DNA of 64,000 nucleotides, taken from positions 1,447 to 65,446 of the forward strand of contig CANGHD010000002.1 of assembly GCA_947453525.1 (NCBI GenBank). Reading direction: 5' to 3'. Both the position numbers and the translations under genes were made by a program. The notes below the pieces were generated by a model that saw nothing but the letters and a program-made list of their open reading frames with translations, made no database searches and had not been told where the DNA came from. This DNA is from Paracoccaceae bacterium. GTDB lineage: Bacteria; Pseudomonadota; Alphaproteobacteria; Rhodobacterales; Rhodobacteraceae. The stretch's first letter is position 1. Each line of letters begins with the position of its first letter. Below are positions 1-7,450 of the stretch, piece by piece.

Positions 1-445
1 ACCAGATCATGTTGGTCAGGGCGTTCCAGTAGAAGGGGTCGTGCCACATCTGGATCAGGTTATCGACGCCGTTGAACTGGCGGCCATCCGGGCTGGACAG
101 GTTCCAGTTCGAAAAGGCGATGATCAGGCCGAACAGCAGCGGAAACACGGTCAGCGAGACGACGAAAAGCGCGGCCGGCAGGACGAAGAGGATGCGCTTG
201 CCTTGCTCTCCTTTCACCAGAACCTGACCCCAGCACAGGCAGACGGCGTAGAGCACATAGGCATAAAGCGTGGGCCGCCAATTGGTGAAGCCGAAATCCT
301 GCCCGCCCCAGGTCTGCATCACCTGCGCCAAGGCCACCAAGGCCAGCACGGCAGGCGAGCCCCAGATCATCAGCAAGCCGATCCCGCGCCGGGTCGGGCC
401 TATGTGGTCTGTCGCCACGACGTGAAGAAGATCGCCTTCGCTCAT
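1..445 (-). CDS. Carbohydrate ABC transporter permease (5' part; truncated by window edge)
   Basis: Not in ORF track. Manual translation from ATG at 445 gives MSEGDLLHVV...LFVLPAALFVVSLTVFPLLFGLIIAFSNWNLSSPDGRQFNGVDNLIQMWHDPFYWNALTNMIW, a typical MalF/UgpA-type N-terminus. Confidence 0.88.
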   Translation of the reverse strand, partial: MSEGDLLHVVATDHIGPTRRGIGLLMIWGSPAVLALVALAQVMQTWGGQDFGFTNWRPTLYAYVLYAVCLCWGQVLVKGEQGKRILFVLPAALFVVSLTVFPLLFGLIIAFSNWNLSSPDGRQFNGVDNLIQMWHDPFYWNALTNMIW

Positions 446-469
446 CCAAAATCCACCCGAGTTGTCATA

Positions 470-481
470 CTAGCATGTTAG
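470..481. promoter_or_regulatory. Putative operator of the sugar ABC regulon (CTAGCATGTTAG)
   Basis: Near-palindrome about 25 bp upstream of the permease start; 11/12 identical to the perfect palindrome at 7346-7357. Confidence 0.5.
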
Positions 482-660
482 CGAAAGCCCGCCCGTGAGG
501 AAAGGGGGAACTGCGACCCGACGTGCCGGCCTCCGTTGCAGAAGCGGGCGGAATCAGCCGCAAATCCTTTGCCGGGATCCCGAGGCCTTGCCGATGTTCT
601 GCCGCACGCTGTCTGGGTATTTCGGCATTTTCATTTTCGCTCTGGTGTCCGCAAGTTAGG

Positions 661-673
661 CATAATATTGATA
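661..673 (-). promoter_or_regulatory. Possible IHF site in AT-rich puc upstream region
   Basis: Minus strand TATCAATATTATG has one mismatch to WATCAANNNNTTR and lies in an AT-rich tract. Confidence 0.3.
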
Positions 674-727
674 AAAATAGTAAATAATTGAAATGTGCAG
701 GCTCGTCTTGGGTTGAAGGGAAGCTTG

Positions 728-771
728 TGTAAATCAAAACTTACAGTTGCCAGTGTACATATTTAGTGACA
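728..771. promoter_or_regulatory. Two tandem PpsR/CrtJ boxes (TGT-N12-ACA)
   Basis: TGTaaatcaaaacttACA at 728-745 and TGTacatatttagtgACA at 754-771, spaced 8 bp, upstream of pucB. This is the canonical tandem arrangement. Confidence 0.88.
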
Positions 772-891
772 GACTGATCTCAGGCAAAGCGACACTGAGG
801 AATGCATTTCCAAAGGCCGCCGTGCCGGGCGGAGAGAAGGTCGTCATTCCGCCCCACACGACAATGACGACGAGGGCACGGAGGAACTTCA

Positions 892-1050
892 ATGTCCACC
901 AACGATCCTAACAAGGTCTGGCCGACCGGCCTGACTTTGAGCGAAGCTGAAGAAGTGCACAGCTACCTCATCGACGGCACCCGCGTGTTTGGCGTGATCG
1001 CTCTGATCGCGCACATTCTGGTTGCCGTTTCCACGCCTTGGCTCGGCTAG
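892..1050 (+). CDS. pucB: Light-harvesting complex 2 beta subunit
   Basis: Missed by ORF track (52 aa). MSTNDPNKVWPTGLTLSEAEEVHSYLIDGTRVFGVIALIAHILVAVSTPWLG has the GLT..EAEE.H motif, BChl-ligating His41, Arg31 (His-10) and a TPWLG end; RBS GGAGG upstream. Confidence 0.96.
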   Translation: MSTNDPNKVWPTGLTLSEAEEVHSYLIDGTRVFGVIALIAHILVAVSTPWLG

Positions 1051-1060
1051 GAGGCACATC

Positions 1061-1363
1061 ATGAACAACGCAAAGATGTGGCTCGTGGTCAGCCCGAACG
1101 TCGGCGTTCCGCTGTTCCTCGGGGCAGTGGCCGTTGGCTCTTTCGCCGTCCACGTGATGGTGCTGAGCAAGACCCATTGGTTTGAAGACTTCGCGTCGGG
1201 CAAACCGCTGGGAACCACCGCAATGCTGGCGGTCCCGAGCACGGAGCCTGCGAATGCAGCCTACATCGCTCCGGGCTCTCAGGACGTGCTGATCGTGATG
1301 CCGGATGGCACCACCGCACATGCGGTCCTGCAGGCCCCCCGCAAGGCGGGCGTTCTGAACTAG
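1061..1363 (+). CDS. pucA: Light-harvesting complex 2 alpha subunit with long C-terminal extension (100 aa)
   Basis: MNNAKMWLVVSPNVGVPLFLGAVAVGSFAVH...W with His31 and Trp40; RBS GGAGG overlaps the pucB stop. Confidence 0.95.
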   Translation: MNNAKMWLVVSPNVGVPLFLGAVAVGSFAVHVMVLSKTHWFEDFASGKPLGTTAMLAVPSTEPANAAYIAPGSQDVLIVMPDGTTAHAVLQAPRKAGVLN

Positions 1364-1402
1364 CTGCATTGCCCCTATATCGGGGGCGGCGCAGCGCTAG
1401 GC

Positions 1403-1437
1403 GTGGGGCCTCGTGTCCTTCGGCACGTGGGCCCCAC
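1403..1437 (+). terminator. Stem-loop between pucA and pucC
   Basis: GTGGGGCC-TCGTGTC-cTTCGg-CACGTG-GGCCCCAC hairpin with a C(UUCG)G loop and no U-tract; position fits a pucBA mRNA 3' end/stabiliser. Confidence 0.55.
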
Positions 1438-1508
1438 CCATATCGCATGTCTTCTGGCGCCCCAACATGCGGCGCCTCATCCAGATTGAGTAGGAATGGT
1501 CCGGGGCG

Positions 1509-2942
1509 ATGGTTGACATCAAAGCGTTCTCTATCCGGAAGATCACGGCCTTTGGCCTGACATATCTGCCCTTCGCGGATGCCGCGACCGAGGCTGTGCC
1601 CTTGTCGCGCCTGCTGCGGCTATCGCTGTTTCAGGTGACCGTCGGCATGGCGCTGGTTCTGATGATCGGCACGCTGAACCGCGTGATGATCGTGGAACTT
1701 GGCGTGCCTGCGGCATTGGTCGGCGGGATGCTGGCGCTGCCCTTGGTCTTTGCACCATTCCGGGCGCTGATCGGCTTCAAATCGGACAATTTCAAATCGG
1801 CGCTTGGCTTGCGCCGTCTGCCCTTCATCTTCAAGGGTACGATCCTGCAATTCGGCGGCTTCGCCATCATGCCTTTCGCGCTGCTGGTCCTGTCGGGCTT
1901 CGGCAAGGCCGCGCAGGCGCCGCATTGGATCGGGCAGGTGGCGGCGGCGCTGTCCTTCCTGCTGGTGGGGGCGGGCATCCATACGGTGCAGACCGTGGGT
2001 CTGGCACTGGCCACCGATCTGGTCGAGGAGAAGGACCAGCCCAAGGTCGTCGGTCTGATGTATGTCAGCCTTTTGGCGGGCATGATCGTCAGCGCGCTGG
2101 CCTATGGAGCGCTTCTGGAACATTACACGCCGCTGCGGCTCATTCAGGTCATTCAGGGCTCGGCTGTGACGACCGTGGTGCTGAACTTCTATGCGATGTG
2201 GAAGCAAGAGGCCCGCAACCGTGTGCGCGGCAATGCCAAGCGCGGTCCGGACGAGAAATTCGGTCAGGCCTGGGCCAAGCTGTCCGAGCGGCCGGGCATC
2301 ATCCGGCTGCTGGCGGTGATTGCGCTTGGGACGGCGGGCTTTGGCATGGCGGATGTGCTGATGGAGCCGTTCGGCGGGCAGGTCCTGGCGATGACGGTGG
2401 CGCAGACGACGCGGCTGACCATTTATCTGGCCTTTGGCAATCTGCTGGGCTTCGCGCTGGCGTCCCGCGTCCTGAGCCGCGGTGCCTTGCCGCTGAATGT
2501 CGCGATCTATGGCGCGATGATCGGCGTGCCGGCCTTGGCGTTCTTCGTGGTTTCGGCCCATCTCTTGTCGGTGCTGGTGTTGACGCTGGCGACACTCGCG
2601 GCAGGCTTCGGCTCGGGCCTCTTCGGGCATGGCACGCTGACGGCCACGATGCGCTCGGCGCCGCGCGAGCAGATCGGGTTGTCGCTCGGGGCCTGGGGCG
2701 CCGTGCAGGCCACGGCGGCCGGGGTCGGTTTTGCGATGGGTGGCGTGATGCGAGACATCGTGCTGTCGCGCATGGCGGTGGGCGGATCGCCGGCCGAGGC
2801 CTATACCCCGGTGTTCCTGCTTGAGGTCGGGCTTCTGGTTCTGGCGCTTCTGCTGGCACTTCCGATGTTCGGTCGCAAGGTTGCCGCGCCGGAAGAACCC
2901 AAGACCGCACAGGATGGGTTTGCCGAAAGCAATGCCAGTTGA
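1509..2942 (+). CDS. pucC: PucC LH2 assembly factor (BCD-family MFS protein)
   Basis: YLPFADAA..LSRLLRLSLFQV..GTLNRVMIVEL motif, about 12 hydrophobic segments, directly follows pucBA. Confidence 0.95.
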   Translation: MVDIKAFSIRKITAFGLTYLPFADAATEAVPLSRLLRLSLFQVTVGMALVLMIGTLNRVMIVELGVPAALVGGMLALPLVFAPFRALIGFKSDNFKSALGLRRLPFIFKGTILQFGGFAIMPFALLVLSGFGKAAQAPHWIGQVAAALSFLLVGAGIHTVQTVGLALATDLVEEKDQPKVVGLMYVSLLAGMIVSALAYGALLEHYTPLRLIQVIQGSAVTTVVLNFYAMWKQEARNRVRGNAKRGPDEKFGQAWAKLSERPGIIRLLAVIALGTAGFGMADVLMEPFGGQVLAMTVAQTTRLTIYLAFGNLLGFALASRVLSRGALPLNVAIYGAMIGVPALAFFVVSAHLLSVLVLTLATLAAGFGSGLFGHGTLTATMRSAPREQIGLSLGAWGAVQATAAGVGFAMGGVMRDIVLSRMAVGGSPAEAYTPVFLLEVGLLVLALLLALPMFGRKVAAPEEPKTAQDGFAESNAS

Positions 2943-3031
2943 CGGACAACGCTCACCATAGATTATGATCACGCCGCACGAAGCACGAGACACAGCACGA
3001 GACTCTGGGCCAAAAGGAAAAAGGGTGCCAC

Positions 3032-3613
3032 ATGACCACCATCATCACACGACTTTATGCTGACACCGCCACGGCGCATTCCGTTGTGGCCGCCCTTGTT
3101 GCCAAGGGCATTGATGAAGACTCGATTCAGGTGATCGGGTCCGCCGATGCCCTGAAAGCAACCCGCGTCGATAGCGCATCCGCGGCTGCCTATGCTGCCG
3201 GCCTGACGGGCGGCCGGGCGCTGGTGGTGGTCGAAGCAGGCTTCAACCCGCAGGGTGCGGCCCGCAAAGCCATGCAGATCGTCGGCCGCACGCCCTCGAT
3301 CAACGTGGGTCTGGCCAGCGAGGACAATTACGTTCAGGAAACCTTGGATCCGGCCTATGCGAAGTCGGTCATGAAGGGCAATCCGCTCCTCCTGACCAAC
3401 AGCTATGTCCGGCTGCCGCATGGCCATATCTTCGGCAACGATCCGATCATCCATGGCAAGACCAAAACCTCGGCCATCCGGGGCGGGGCCTATATGTCAA
3501 AGATGTTCTGGCCAATGAAGCTGGTCTCGACCGGGCGCACGAGCACCTCGGCGATTCACGGCGGCAAACTGATGTCCTCGATCTTCGGGATTGGGACGAT
3601 CTATCACCGCTGA
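3032..3613 (+). CDS. Hypothetical protein downstream of pucC
   Basis: 193-aa ORF with host-like codon usage and purine-rich RBS; duplicated C-terminal motif TSAI(R/H)GG..MS. Confidence 0.8.
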   Translation: MTTIITRLYADTATAHSVVAALVAKGIDEDSIQVIGSADALKATRVDSASAAAYAAGLTGGRALVVVEAGFNPQGAARKAMQIVGRTPSINVGLASEDNYVQETLDPAYAKSVMKGNPLLLTNSYVRLPHGHIFGNDPIIHGKTKTSAIRGGAYMSKMFWPMKLVSTGRTSTSAIHGGKLMSSIFGIGTIYHR

Positions 3614-3648
3614 TCTGCCACGGGAGACCGGATTTATCGGGTTCAAAG

Positions 3649-3680
3649 CACCCGGCGTGCAAGGGCTTGCGCGCCGGGTG
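3649..3680 (+). terminator. Hairpin closing the puc transcript
   Basis: CACCCGGCGTGCAAG-GG-CTTGCGCGCCGGGTG long inverted repeat followed by an AT-rich stretch. Confidence 0.55.
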
Positions 3681-3821
3681 GTATATCTGTTTGACCCATC
3701 GTCACTACAGCCGTCATGACATGCGGCAAGTGACGCGGCGACAAAATCGTGGCAAGGCACTACAGTTTCTGGACTGGTCGGGTAAGCCGCTGCCGGGCTA
3801 GCCTGAATTCGGAGGTGTGCC

Positions 3822-4505
3822 ATGTCCAACGATTGCTATTTGAGCTTTTGCCCCGTCGCCAAAGCCTGCGAAGTGCTGGAACCCCGCTGGACGTTGCTGG
3901 TTCTGTGCGAGTTGTTCGTCGGTGCCTCGCGGTTCAACGAAATTCACCGCGGCGTGCCCGGCATGTCGCCCAGCCTTTTGTCGCGTCGTCTGAAGGAAAT
4001 GGAGGCCAATGGCCTTGTGATCCGCAGCGTCAAGCAACCGCGCGGTGAGATCACCTATGCCCTGACCGCGATGGCCGAGGAGTTGAAACCGGTGGTGCTG
4101 GCATTGGGCAAATGGGCGCATCGAAATGTCGACCGTGATCTGACGCTGGATCATCTGGATGCGCGGCTTTTGATGTGGAACGTGCGGCGCAAAGCCGATG
4201 TCACTCTGATGCCGCCGGCCCGGCAATGGGTCATCCAGTTCAGCTTTACCGAGGGCAAGCCCGACGAGCGCGATTTCTGGCTGGTGGCCAAGCGCGGGCT
4301 GCCGACCGATCTGTGCACGTTGGATCCGGGGCAGGATGTCGACCTGTTCATCCATGCCGATCTGCGGGCCATGACTTCGGTGTTTCTGGGCTACACCAAA
4401 CTTCTGGGCGAAGTGGAACGGGGCAAGATCAGCCTGACGGGCGAACGCCGTCTGGCCGCCAGCATGTCGGACTGGTTCGTGCCCACGGTCTATGCCGCCG
4501 CCTGA
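3822..4505 (+). CDS. HxlR-family winged-helix regulator with C-terminal extension (SCP2-like)
   Basis: FCPVAKACEVLEPRWTLLVL..RFNEIHRGVPGMSPSLLSRRLKEME..YALT motif; RBS GGAGG. Confidence 0.9.
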   Translation: MSNDCYLSFCPVAKACEVLEPRWTLLVLCELFVGASRFNEIHRGVPGMSPSLLSRRLKEMEANGLVIRSVKQPRGEITYALTAMAEELKPVVLALGKWAHRNVDRDLTLDHLDARLLMWNVRRKADVTLMPPARQWVIQFSFTEGKPDERDFWLVAKRGLPTDLCTLDPGQDVDLFIHADLRAMTSVFLGYTKLLGEVERGKISLTGERRLAASMSDWFVPTVYAAA

Positions 4506-4642
4506 GGGCGCTTCAGAACCTGTAGCGCTTTGCTATCTTCGCCACACTGAACGGACCATGAGGCCAGGCGCTACTCTTGGGTCATGCGGACCAAGCCGCA
4601 GGCGGTGCCGGCCAAATGCCCGGTGATCCATGGAGACGTGAC

Positions 4643-5479
4643 ATGATGCAGAGTTCAACAGACACCGCCGCGCCGGTGGTCCCCGATCTTGCGGCGCTGA
4701 AGCAAAAGCAACAGGCGGCGTGGTCCTCCGGCGACTATGCCGTGGTGGGCACGACGTTGCAGATCGTGGGCGAGACGCTGTGCGAGGCGCTTGACCTGCA
4801 CGCCGGGGAGCGTGTGCTGGATGTGGCGGCGGGCAATGGCAATGCCACGCTGGCTGCGGGGCGGCGCTGGGGAAGGGTGATCTCGACGGACTATGTTCCG
4901 GCCCTTCTGGACCGCGGACAGGCACGGGCTGCGGCCGAGGGGCTGGAGGTGACCTTTCAACCCGCTGATGCCGAGGCGCTGCCGTTCAGTGCGGGAGAAT
5001 TCGACGTGGTCTTGTCGACCTTCGGCGTGATGTTCACCGCCGATCACGCCGCAGCGGCGCGCGAATTGCTGCGAGTCTGTCGCAGGGGCGGGCGGATCGG
5101 GCTGGCGAACTGGACGCCCGAGGGCTTCATCGGTCAGGTGTTCAAAGTGCTCGGCCGCCATGTGCCGACCGCGCCGGGGGCGAAATCGCCAGCACTTTGG
5201 GGGACAAGGGCGCATCTGGACAGTCTGTTCGGCGCGCAGGCTGCCATGCGGGTGGACGAGCGTAGTTTCGCCTTTCGCTATCGGTCGGCCGCGCATTTCC
5301 TCGATGTTTTCAGAACCTGGTATGGCCCCATGCTGAAAGCCTTTGCCACCTTGCACGCGACGGGCCAGGCCGCCCTCGAACAGGACCTCCTGGATCTGAT
5401 CGGGCGGATGAACCGGGCGCAGGATGGCACGATGGTGGTCGAGAGCGCCTATCTGGAAGTTGTCATCACCAAGGCCTGA
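4643..5479 (+). CDS. Class I SAM-dependent methyltransferase
   Basis: VLDVAAGNG motif I, DAEALPF, FDVVLSTFGVMF; start chosen by RBS GGAGA at 4632. Confidence 0.9.
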   Translation: MMQSSTDTAAPVVPDLAALKQKQQAAWSSGDYAVVGTTLQIVGETLCEALDLHAGERVLDVAAGNGNATLAAGRRWGRVISTDYVPALLDRGQARAAAEGLEVTFQPADAEALPFSAGEFDVVLSTFGVMFTADHAAAARELLRVCRRGGRIGLANWTPEGFIGQVFKVLGRHVPTAPGAKSPALWGTRAHLDSLFGAQAAMRVDERSFAFRYRSAAHFLDVFRTWYGPMLKAFATLHATGQAALEQDLLDLIGRMNRAQDGTMVVESAYLEVVITKA

Positions 5480-5481
5480 CG

Positions 5482-5510
5482 AAAAAGGCGCGCCGGTCTC
5501 CCGGCGCGCC
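5482..5510 (-). terminator. Rho-independent terminator of the binding-protein gene
   Basis: GGCGCGCCGG-tctc-CCGGCGCGCC stem with an A5 run on its left (U-tract on the minus strand), between convergent genes. Confidence 0.8.
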
Positions 5511-5524
5511 CCAGTCTATGCGCA

Positions 5525-5548
5525 GCATGGGCATTTTGCCCATCCTAC
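5525..5548 (-). repeat. GTAG-type REP-like element
   Basis: Minus strand GTAG-GATGGGCA-AAA-TGCCCATGC: GTAG tetranucleotide followed by a short palindrome, just after a stop codon. Confidence 0.5.
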
Positions 5549-5554
5549 GTCAAA

Positions 5555-7186
5555 TCACATGCCCAGCGAGGCCTTGTAGAGTTTGATCTGACCATCGCGA
5601 CCGATCTGGTCGGTGATCTTCTCCCAAGCGGCGGCAATCGCGTCGGCGGTCTCTTGTGCCGATTTGTATTGACCGGCGTAGCCCTTGGCCAGTTCGTCCT
5701 CGGCGACCGAGTAGTACTGGAAGATGCCGGGGATGCGCGGTTCGATCGCAGCGTTCGGGTGGTTGTAGCTGTCGCCCTGCGAACCCAGATAGTCGGCGAT
5801 ATAGGCCTTGTCGTAGCCTGCTGCAGCCCACTCGTCGTAGTTGAAGTGGCTGTTGCGGTAGGGCTGGAAGCCCGACGGGTAAGCGGTGGTCCACAGCGAG
5901 ATGTCTTTCCCGCCAAGGTGTGCCGCCGCCGACCAAGCCGCCTTGCGCTTCACTTCGTCCTTCGACACGCGGTTGGTGACGTAGATGCCCCAGCCCAGAT
6001 AGGCCATGTTCGGCGCGAAGTTCTCTTTTTCTTCCCAAGCGGCGGTGGTCGGGTTGTAGACCTTGTCCGCACCGGGGTTGATCGAGAAGCCCACGACGTC
6101 GCCCACGACGGAGGAGTCCGAGGTCTTGGCGTTGGAGCCCACGTCGCCCCACCAGCAGATCGACGAGCCCGTGCCAGCGAGGAACTGCTGGAACGCGGTC
6201 GTGCCGGGGTCGGCGTTGATCTGGTCGGCGGGCAGGTTCGGGATGTTGTCCATCACGTCCTGGATCGCTTGCACCCAGCCGGGGTTGTTGACCATCGGCT
6301 TCATGGTTTCCGGTTCGAACAGCCAAGCCGGGTTGCCGGGGTACTTGACGTAGGCGGTGGCGCGGTCTTCCAGGAAGTAGAAGCCGAAACCACCCCAGCC
6401 CTTCAGCGGGTCCAGGAAGCCCACGGCGTCCTGGCCGGTCAGCGGGTCTTTCTTGCCTTTGACGGCTTTGGAGTAGTCCGCAATCTGCGACCATTTGGTC
6501 GGAGCGTCCTTCAGGCCCGAAATGGAGCCATCGCCGAAGTAGTCCTTGCGGTAAGCGAAGGTGTGGCTGTCGCCGTCGATGGTGATGCGGTAGGTCTTGC
6601 CAGCCCAGGTGCCAACCGGCGCCTTCAGGTAGTTCACATAGTCGTCCATCTCGATCTGGGTCTTGACCCAGTCGGGCATCTCGTCCAGCAGGCCCTTGCC
6701 GGCGGTGTCGCCTTCGAAGGGGGCGCCCATCTCGATGATGTCGAAGTCAACCGTGCCGGTGGCAATCGCTTGCTGCAGGCGCGGGTTATAGTCGGCCTGA
6801 GCCAGATCGATCCAGTTGATCTTGGCGCCGGTGTACTTTTCCCACGAGGTCAGGAAGCCGCGGAACAGAAGGTTGTGCAGGTTCTGGTTGTTCAGACCCA
6901 TGAAGGTCAGCTCAACCCCGGCAAACTCGCCTTCCTTGACGTTGGCCTTGGTCGCGCCAAGGCACAGTTCGCCAACCTTCTGCCAGTCGGCGTCAGTGGG
7001 CGAACCCTTGCCCACGCCCGGAATGGCGAGGATCTGTTGACGCAGCGCGTCATCGGCCATGGCGGGCTTCACAAAACCCGTGATGCCGCCCATCATCGAC
7101 AAGGCACCGACCGATGCCGCGCCCTTGAGCACGCCACGACGGGTGAGCCCGTGCTGGACGAGGTAGTTGTAGTGTCCTACTTTCAT
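5555..7186 (-). CDS. Sugar ABC transporter substrate-binding protein, Tat-exported
   Basis: MKVGHYNYLVQHGLTRRGVLKGAA twin-arginine signal; family-1 SBP-like (WEKYTGAKINW, YRKD); RBS GGAGG. Confidence 0.9.
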   Translation of the reverse strand: MKVGHYNYLVQHGLTRRGVLKGAASVGALSMMGGITGFVKPAMADDALRQQILAIPGVGKGSPTDADWQKVGELCLGATKANVKEGEFAGVELTFMGLNNQNLHNLLFRGFLTSWEKYTGAKINWIDLAQADYNPRLQQAIATGTVDFDIIEMGAPFEGDTAGKGLLDEMPDWVKTQIEMDDYVNYLKAPVGTWAGKTYRITIDGDSHTFAYRKDYFGDGSISGLKDAPTKWSQIADYSKAVKGKKDPLTGQDAVGFLDPLKGWGGFGFYFLEDRATAYVKYPGNPAWLFEPETMKPMVNNPGWVQAIQDVMDNIPNLPADQINADPGTTAFQQFLAGTGSSICWWGDVGSNAKTSDSSVVGDVVGFSINPGADKVYNPTTAAWEEKENFAPNMAYLGWGIYVTNRVSKDEVKRKAAWSAAAHLGGKDISLWTTAYPSGFQPYRNSHFNYDEWAAAGYDKAYIADYLGSQGDSYNHPNAAIEPRIPGIFQYYSVAEDELAKGYAGQYKSAQETADAIAAAWEKITDQIGRDGQIKLYKASLGM

Positions 7187-7342
7187 TCGTTCCTCCGAAT
7201 TGGTTCTGCCATTCGCGGCAGGTTCTTGTTTCGGGAAGCCTGCGCCCTGAATGGCGTTCTTTTCGTCCGGCTTTCCGCATCGCAGGTCCGGACTCATCCG
7301 GACTTGTCCTAGCTTTCCCTTGGCCCGCGCCTCAAGTCAAGC

Positions 7343-7368
7343 CATCTAACATGTTAGCGTGCTAGATG
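7343..7368. promoter_or_regulatory. Palindromic operator in the divergent SBP/ATPase promoter
   Basis: Perfect palindrome CTAACATGTTAG (7346-7357) overlapping a degenerate copy TTAGCGTGCTAG, inside a CATCTA...TAGATG dyad. Confidence 0.6.
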
Positions 7369-7450
7369 ATGGACACCGCCGTTTGGCTGGGGTACGAATT
7401 TGCGGGCTCGGGGCTTTGACCCCGCAAGAAACCGCTGTCTTGGAGGAAAA

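Noticed and set aside
724-737. FnrL box in the puc promoter
   Set aside because: Only the ATCAA half matches TTGAT-N4-ATCAA; the sequence is better explained by the PpsR box.
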